Assembly: GCA_009602725.1 (NCBI GenBank)
Contig: WELB01000009.1
Location: 1,099,439-1,119,438 of the forward strand
Length of the DNA stretch: 20,000 bases
Source of the DNA: Spirogloea muscicola
Lineage: Eukaryota
Direction of reading: 5' to 3'
Position 1 is the first letter of the stretch. Each line of letters starts with the position of its first letter. The notes beneath the pieces are model-generated. The model had not been told where the DNA came from and made no database searches. It worked only from the letters and a program-made list of their open reading frames with translations. Shown here in pieces: positions 12,464-20,000 of the stretch. The translations under genes were made by a program, and so were the position numbers.

Positions 12464-13015
12464 TTAAGTGTTATTCTTTATATAGTTGAATACACGTGTA
12501 AGCTCATAATACCCGCCTGTAGTAAGTATATCTAAATTCCATCTCTCTCTTGGTGATATATCTATTGTTTCTGCGCATTGTGGTTGTGCATGAGGATCAA
12601 TCACGTACTGCTTGTCTATATAATGTGTGCGAAGAAGTTTGCCAAACGCACTAACACCGTATAGTCTATCTAGAGTGCATTCGTCCCGCAAGTCCCTCAG
12701 CCTCCTCCTGATCTGTCTATCGGCTTCTTGCCTTGCAGATAGGGATTGTAGTTTGCTTGGCTCCTCTATCTCCAGTATGAAGACGGGTATGTTGTCCAAA
12801 AGTACCATATACTCCAACACAAAGTTTTCAGAGTCTCTCGACTGAGGCACTGGAAGAGACCGAGGTACAACTGCAAAGTCGCTGTCCCAAGGGAACACAT
12901 AAGACAGCAGCATATTGTACGGCCCAGAGAAGTTATTCTCTCCCGGGTATGAGGGGACGGCATAGAACCGATCGACGACCTCTTGAGGCCACATCACGCT
13001 GATTGCTGCGCACAT
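12464..13015 (-). CDS. Intronless ~176-183 aa protein resembling a fungal hypothetical family with a predicted PD-(D/E)xK restriction-endonuclease-like fold
   Basis: Uninterrupted ORF with non-repetitive, globular composition. Motifs WP....RF, E..F.GPYN.LL...FP....F.VVP, SRDS.(D/N)F, PVFILEI, S.RQEADRQIRRRL.DL, LYGVSAFG, D..P.ERWNLDIL...G match, from memory, a family common in fungi. The likely start is ATG at 12994. Confidence 0.65.
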   Translation of the reverse strand: MCAAISVMWPQEVVDRFYAVPSYPGENNFSGPYNMLLSYVFPWDSDFAVVPRSLPVPQSRDSENFVLEYMVLLDNIPVFILEIEEPSKLQSLSARQEADRQIRRRLRDLRDECTLDRLYGVSAFGKLLRTHYIDKQYVIDPHAQPQCAETIDISPRERWNLDILTTGGYYELTRVFNYIKNNT

Positions 13016-13511
13016 AATGCAGGGTAATTCAAGAACAACAACACCTCAGTCAGTTGAATTGACCAGAAATAAGAAGGAAATCGAAGAGATTGATGTCTGA
13101 AAGGAAGCAACAGAAGTGAATGCCAGTGATAGAGGATTAGAAGCCGATGAGCAAGCAAGCAAGCAAAGAACGAACCAGAGACGCCAAGCAGGTTGAAGAA
13201 GCCAAGCAGCGCGCGCGGCAGGAAGAAGACTAGCAGCGCACCCAGCAGGAATGGAAGCAGACAGTAGAGATGGAAAGAGCAAGCAAAGCGTCCAATAATG
13301 GAGCTCTGTACCCCGAGGCCATGCCCGTGGAGGGGGCGACAGCTCATGGTAGGATAAAAGCGGCGCACCGGTGTGGCGTCTATAGCGTCTATGGCGTCTA
13401 CGAAACAGGCTGGTATTGGATGCCACCCCCCCGCTGTCTCCTTCGACTTTGCCGAGCACAAGGAATTTCCTTAAGGTGGACAAAGCCCCTCCTAAACCCC
13501 AGGCCGCCGCN

Positions 13512-16500
13512 CCGCCGTCAGCGTCGCTGCCGGCGGCGCCCGCCATGTGGTCTTCGGCGCGCCGGCCCCCTCCCGGCCTGCCCCTCGCGCCCGCCGCCGC
13601 CGCAGCTCCCGCCATCGCCATGCCGCCCGCCGCCGCCGCCCCGCTCCCCGTCGCCCCAATGGCGGAGTCTCGGAGCCCGGAGTATCTCCAGGCGAAGCAC
13701 CTTCGTGAGGCGGCCCTCCTTGCCGCGCCTCTGCCTGCCTCTGCGTCGCCGCTCCTTGCCGTCCTCGCCGCCTCCTGCCTCCACTTCGTCCTCAAGCAAC
13801 CTCCGCCGCCACCGCCGCCGAGGAGGAGCTCCTGGCGCAACACGACGCCGCAGTGGCGGCAGCCGCCGCCAGTCGCCACGCCCGGCGTGGGGAGTCGTCG
13901 CCCGACAGAGCAGCGGCCATCCGGCGTGCTCTTCGCTTTGGACACGCCGGCGAGCTCTCGCGGGCTGTGCAAGCACTTGAGGACTCTTCGCTGGCTCCAC
14001 CGACCTCGACAACCAGACGTGGGTGCGCCTTCCCCCCCCTGGCTGCCTTCCTTCGAGCCGCCAGAGGCGGTGACCCTCGACGCCGCAGCCCTCCGCCGGG
14101 CAGCCGCAGAGCAGCCGCAGAGCAGCAGCAGGCGGCCCCTCTGGCATGCTCACGGAGCACCTCCGTCCGTGAGCTGTTCCTCCGAGGGCGAGGCCTCCGA
14201 CTTCCAGGCGCTGCTCCAAGTCTGTCAGCCCGTGGCCCAGGACAAGGTCCCTGCTGCTACCCGCTCGGTGCTCTGCTCCAGCAACCTCCTCGCCATCGCC
14301 AAGGCCAATGGCGGAGTCCGCCCAATCGCCATCGGCGAGGTTCTGTACCGGCTGGTGGCCTGGCACAGCACGCTGTGCCAGCAACATCTTGGGCAGGCGC
14401 AGACCCACCTTGCCCCACATCAATACGGCGCTGGTCTGCGAAGCGGCGGGGAGGCTGTCGTCCACGGCGTCCGCGCGGCCCAGGATCTCCACCCTGACTG
14501 GATGGTCCTGGCTCTCGATGTCCCAAAGACGCCTTCAATAGCGTAGAGCGCAGCGCCATCGCCGACGAGCTGCGAGCGGCCTTCCCTTCCCTCCTGCCCT
14601 TCTTCCGCCTTGTCTACGGCCAGCTCAGCGACCTTCTCTGGTGGACGGGGAGTGGCGAGGTAGGGACGCTGCAGTCCAGGGACGGGCACACGCCAGGGGG
14701 ATCCTCTGGCAGGGGGGTTCTTCTTTGTGCTGGCTCACAATCGCGAGCGGCGCACCCCAGCGTCCTCCTCCCGTCCTGCGCCGACGACACCACGCTGGTC
14801 GGCAGCCCAGGGGATGTGTCAGCAGCCACCGCCACCTTCCAGCAGCAGCTGGCCGCCCTCGGCATGTCCATCCGGCCCGAGAAGTGCACTGCGTGGTTTC
14901 CGCGTGGCCTCCCTGCCCCCTTGCCCCTGCCGCCTGGGTGCCAGACTCTTCCAAGCGGCCTCACCATCCTGGGGGTCCCATTCGGCACGCCGTCTTTCGT
15001 CGACGGGCAACTGCGCGACCGGCTCCAGGAGCACCTCCAGCCGGTGGCCCGCCTCCCTGAGCTGCAGGATATGCAGCTGGCGCTTGCTATGCTCACCAGG
15101 TGCATTGTGCAGCGTCCCCACTACCTGGCGCGAACGACCCCTCCCTGCCCCACGGTGCTGGAGGCCTACACCACATTCGATGCAGGCGTCATGGAGAGCG
15201 TGGCGGCCCTCATCCGTCACACTGGCTTCCTCGACTCGCCAGCTGCACCGCTCCAGGCCACTCTGCCCCCTGGCCAGGGCGGCCTCGGCTGCCGCTCGCT
15301 CGCGGCGCGTCTGCAGGCCAGCGTTCCTTGGCAGTTGGGCACAGGTCGCCACGTCGGTGGCGCAGCGCTTCCTCCATGATGGGTGGCCCCTGTTGCAGCA
15401 GGTTGTGGTGGAGGTGGCGACCGTTACCTTTTTAGGTGGCGCTCCGCTCCGCTCAGCTCAGCTCAAGACGGGCTACTTGCGGAGCACCCTGCCCTTGCAG
15501 AGAGCGTGGTCCCGTTTGCCCACCTTGCCCACACCACCGACTCGCAGGCGCAGGCACGTTACATGGCGGCAGTCGACAAGGCGTCCTTCACGGCCACGCT
15601 GCAGCTCCTCCCTGCAACCGACGTGCGCGGCCATGCTCGGCTGCTGTCGGCCGCCTCCCCCGGCGCGGCAGCCTGGCTCTCCGCGCGCCCCCTGTACGAT
15701 GCCCTTAGGATGCCTGATGAGCTGTTCCGAACGGCCACCCATCGCCTGCTGGGCCTCCCCCCGCCCTGCCTGCTGGGCGTGCTACAGTGTGAATGTGGGG
15801 AGCGGTCGATGGACCCGGCGGTGCTGGCGGCGCATATCCTCCGCTGCGCCACTGGAGGTGAAAGTACAGCTGCTCACGATCTCCTGCGTGATGCAATGTT
15901 CGGCATCTTTCAGGAGGCCGGCTACACGGTGGCGATGGAGAACTCTTCCGTCATGCCAACCCTCCGGAGGGCCGACGGACTGCACACACGCCGTGTCGAC
16001 TTGGTGGCGTCCACGCCGGGCGGCGGCGCGCGCATCATCGCTGACGTGGTCACCACTGATGTGGTCGACCGTTCCAACCCGGGGCTCTCTGCCTCGCAGG
16101 CTGGCCACGCTGCGGCGAAGGCCGCTCGCAGCAAGGCGCCCAAATACGCCGACCACCCGGCTGCAGATGAGTTCGTCCCCCTGGCTGTGGACGTGCTGGG
16201 GCTCTCGGGTCCCAGTGGCTCGACCTGCTGGCCAGGCTTGCGAGGCGTGCTGTGGCCCGCCGGCGTGGGGAGCCGGCTGACTTCAACGCCGCCGGCTCGT
16301 GGGCTCAAGTCTATCGTATGAGATTGTCAGTATCCCTGCAGCGGTCCATAGCCCACGCCCTGCATCTGCGTGCTGGCCGTGCTCTCGCTGCGGCCTCTGG
16401 CTTTCAACAGGGGGACAGTTTTCCGGCAGCTAGTCTGTCGGATCTGCGGCTCCTCACTCGTAACTACTGAGTGATCCATCATCCCCCTGTGCTGACATGA

Positions 16501-16703
16501 CATCTTCAGGCCCCTCTGTAGCTGCTAAACGCTTGTCGGCCCCTCCGAACCCTTGTCAATTCTTTTTGGGCTGGCTTATTGCAGCCCTTGCCCTCATTTG
16601 GAGTGCCACTTCTTCTTCTTCTTCTTTTTTGGGCTGGCTGTTCCAGCCCCTATCCTCACTGGGCGAGCCCTTGCTTCTTTTCTTTCTCCGCCATACACTT
16701 CAC
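13512..16703 (+). mobile_element. CRE-like non-LTR retrotransposon (single RT-zinc finger-RLE ORF, heavily frameshifted; ORF stop 16468-16470; 3' UTR to ~16703)
   Basis: Across frames: AGELSRAVQAL..SSLAP, AGGPSGMLTEHL, LLAIAKANGGVRPIAIGEVLYRL, LAPHQYG, LALDV..AFNSVER, GTRQGDPL, SCADDTTL (YADD box), GLTILGVPFG, QATLPPGQGGLG, AAAWLSARP, CECG...HILRC (CCHC), AHDLLRD, RRVDLV..IIADVVT..KYAD..FVPLAVD (RLE). The 5' boundary is uncertain (N at 13511). Confidence 0.92.
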
Positions 16704-16787
16704 TGTTCCGTCGACCAGGCCACCCAGGCCGTTCAAGAAGAAAGGGCTCGCCAATTGAGGAGAGGGGCCGGACAAGCCAGCCCAAAA
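16627..16787. repeat. 53-bp inverted repeat (arms 16627-16679 and 16735-16787) with a 55-nt spacer
   Basis: Ungapped manual comparison, 46/53 complementary. A further degenerate direct copy of the unit lies at ~16552-16620. Confidence 0.9.
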
Positions 16788-17413
16788 GAATGAACAAAGT
16801 ACGAGCTGGTCGTCCTTTGTGCATGATGAACGGAACCAGGTCATTGACTTGACCGCATGCAAATAAAGCACGCCCTCAAGTCTTCGAATGTCAGTCGATG
16901 ACAGTGCACTGACAGAGGCAATACAACAGAAGAGTACACAGTGTGCAATATGCACATTCGATTCGCCAGGCTCAGAGCCAAATCAGGAAACGACAATGGA
17001 AAAAATGGAATAGCTGCCTTGGACCAATCTCAGTACCAGAAAGCGAGTTGTTCCAGAGGGAAGTGACAGTGGCAATATTTACGAGTTGGTCACTTTGCGC
17101 ACCCTCTTGAAAGCAGGTCAAATGTGTGGTCTATGTAGTGGGGGAGGCACAAATGCAATGACAGATCGCCCTTGAGTTGCCAAATGAGAGCCATTTGATG
17201 AGGCCCACTGACTCAACTTCTTTGTTTGTACTCCCAGCATCACATCTGTGCCATCAGAGCAAGGTCATTGTCATTGTCACGAGAGTGGAAAACAGGGGCA
17301 ACTGTGCAAGTCAAGGACAAAGAAGCCGCTAGCATGCACTTTGACTAACTCGTACCTGAAGCTAAGATCGAGTATGTTTGGGTGGAAGCTGCACACTCGT
17401 ACTTCAGCATCCT

Positions 17414-20000
17414 CTAGAAAAGCCAGTGCTTCTTTTTCTTTGGGTCATTGTCAATGGGCGCTTGCTCTGCAGCCAACGAAAGTCCATCCACAAAGTCAAA
17501 GAGTAACTTGAACGATGGTACTGCTACCTGCATTGCAACAAAGAGGCCTTCAACAAGCAGCTGCATGCTCAGACTCGACTCTCACCTCCTGGAAGATAGA
17601 TGGAGTTGTAGTGGATCTCCGCCCAAAAGCTAAGCCAAATCTCTGACAATAAAAGATGCAAACACAGGTCTAAAACAATGTTCCTGGCTTGGAGCATCCA
17701 CATTCTAATAATGAATCTGTGCTCATCTCCCCCACTGAATACAGATACGATCTGTAGTTAGTGCAACACATGCATGTGCAGCTATCAGCTCACCATGATC
17801 AGACTGCGCCAATCGAGGTGGGATCTCAACAAAGCACTGGTCCTTGAATGACGTGACCAAGGACACCTTCACGCCCCACTAGCCACCACCGAGCAGCATG
17901 CCGAAAGGATCAGACTCAAATCCAGCGATACACAATTACGCCAACAGCCGGTAAATTGAACACTTGCCAGGTTACCTCTTACAGTCACTTATGCTACCTG
18001 ACATGGGCTCTTCCAAGTAACCTCAATTGCTCTGCAATGCTTTCTCAGTCAACTAGCCCCAGACTGCCTGATCCTAGTTTGCATACAGTCAGGCAGGGCT
18101 AAATTCATGGCACCCTCTTACATGGTCTGCCGCAGCTTGCAGCGTCACATGGTCACCCCATTCACCATTCCTGAGCAACACAAGTCACAGTGAAGATAAG
18201 CTTCTTTAATCACTATGTCATCAATGCAACCAGGCGGATACCTCTACCTACCGGCAATCTAGCAATGGCAGTAGACTATATATATATATCTGGTATTAAT
18301 GTCAAAGACACTGTGACAAGCAGCACGCACTTGCCCATCTTCTTCAAATAGTCGCTGAACTTTCCAGGGACGTACTCACTGTACCGCTCAGGGTGATTCT
18401 TCATCTGCACAGCAACACAGATGATGGTCCAACGTCCTCTGCTTATGATACTTGCCCTTTTTGTACCAATGTGACACTCTGCGTAAGGAATCTGATCTGA
18501 ATGCAATAAGCTATATTTAGTCTCCCTTACGTGTGACACATCATCAAACAATCATTAAGAGGTATTTAAATTGGCAAAGTAATCTGATCTAGCTTATTGG
18601 GCAAGGACATCAATGGGAGGGTGCACGGTACCTCAGTCACTATTGTCTTCCTCACAAATTTGTGGTGCTCCGGCGTACCATAGAGCTGGTCTGATAGTGC
18701 GCGGAACTGCAGGCAGCAGGATTTATTGGCATGGCCAAGGCAGTCTTCTTAGAGTTTGATAGCTCGACTTGTTTTCCGGGACATCTGATGTTTCTTGTGG
18801 CCAACTTGTGTCAATTGAGCATAAGCACGCAATTATGCACCTGGCAATTTCCATCCCCAGGAATCTGCCGCTCTTTGAGGCCGTAGATGCACAGCCTGTA
18901 TTGCCAAAGCACAAGTATGACTGGCTCAGTTGCTTTACTCATGTATCTGATAGCATCTAGCGGCACAGCAGTGCCATTTGATTGCTTGCAGAAATGGTTA
19001 GACGTCTTATTCAGTGGAGCAGGGGTGCAATACTTCAGTGCTGATGAAATAATGTAACAAGAAGTCGGCAATGCAGAGCACAGCAGCAGGCCTCCCACCT
19101 CTCAAGCAGCCGCTGGTGGTCTACACTGATGTCGTCGTCGTGCGGCAGTATGCCGGAGTTGGTCCGCAGGATGAGCTGCAGCAGACCCATTGCCATCGCA
19201 AACCGCGATGTCAGCATGTCAGCAGCAGGAGGGACAACGCAGCCATCAGACAAGCATTAAAAGCCTGGAAGAGACCGCCGGGACGGCGCTGACCGGCGAC
19301 GGCTGCGCGAGCCCGAGGCGGGCTGCCAGGTCGCCGCTGGCCGCCGACGCCAGGGGCCGGCCAGGCGGCTGCGGTGCGGAGGCGAGTTCCTCGGCCTGCA
19401 GGTCCGCAGCGAGGCTGGCGTCCTCCTCCTCCTGCGCAGCCTTGTCCGCCGGTCTGGGCAGCGGCAACATCTCATGGCTGCGGCCTTGGTCCTGAGCGCC
19501 CGCGTAGCTCGCATCGCCAGCCGGCTGGTGGTGGTAGTGGTAGTCGACGCCGCCATGCAGCTCGCTGTCACCGACCGGAACGTCCTCCAGTTCCAGCGGC
19601 TGCCGCGGCAGCCCGGCAGCGGCTCCGGCGGCATTGCCAGCGCCTGCGCCGGCGTACGCATCAAAGGCCTCCCAGTGCGGCGGCGCGCCCGGAAAGTCCA
19701 GCGCCGGCGGCAAGCTCCAGCCAGGCGTGGCGTCATCGGCCGAACGCACGACAACCGAGCCGGGAAGGTAGCCCAGATGGACCGGCTCGTCGTAGCCATT
19801 GCCATTATACTGCGGCTGTGCCGGCGGCGGCGGCGGCGGTGCATTTGGGCCGTAGTCGACGGTCCTCTCGACGGCGGCGGCTCCGAGCTGGCGGCGCTCG
19901 AGGCGGGCGACCTCGGCGGCGCCCAGGCCGGCGGCCCGCTCGTACTCCTCCTGAAGCGCCGCGGCGATCACGCCGTCGCTCTCCACGCCGCTGCGCGACT
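17414..20000 (-). CDS. OTU-domain deubiquitinase, plant OTU9-12 group (OTU11/12-like C-terminus); spliced; start codon lies beyond the window end
   Basis: Exons >20000-19294, 19175-19099, 18895-18841, 18706-18632, 18404-18331, 18170-18122, 17878-17794, 17642-17586, 17466-17414 with GT-AG introns and consistent phases. They give DHQRLLERL..YGLKERQIPGDGNCQFRALSDQLY...GEWGDHVTLQAAADHWGVK...WLSFWAEIHYNSIY...PKKKKHWLF*. Confidence 0.95.

Noticed and set aside
13046..13510. Purine-rich, coiled-coil-like reading (EEAKQRARQEED...) and a 9-bp repeat (gcgtctatr x3, ~13376-13400)
   Set aside because: Stops in all + frames and no recognisable domain; cannot be assigned to a gene or to the CRE 5' end.

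Overview
Eukaryotic, intron-rich DNA with GC-rich exons, most consistent with a streptophyte green alga (inferred from the plant-type TDP1-beta and OTU genes). Three spliced host genes flank a ~10 kb accessory/transposon island. The host genes are a TDP1-beta-like gene (+, 5'-partial, with an in-frame TAG), RPL10 (-, first mini-exon missing at an assembly gap) and a plant OTU11/12-like deubiquitinase (-, 5'-partial). An N gap and a probably artefactual 1195-nt poly(A) precede the island. The island holds: (i) the 3' end of a CRE-like RLE non-LTR retrotransposon; (ii) a decayed Ty3/Gypsy-like element (-) with Gag zinc knuckles, an aspartic protease and a C5 cytosine DNA methyltransferase domain; (iii) a ~540 bp MITE-like element containing a copy of its own flank; (iv) an intronless gene resembling a fungal PD-(D/E)xK nuclease-like family; (v) a long frameshifted CRE-like RT-RLE element whose 3' UTR has repeated stem-loops and a 53-bp inverted repeat. 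All family assignments come from hand translation and remembered motifs; no searches were run.
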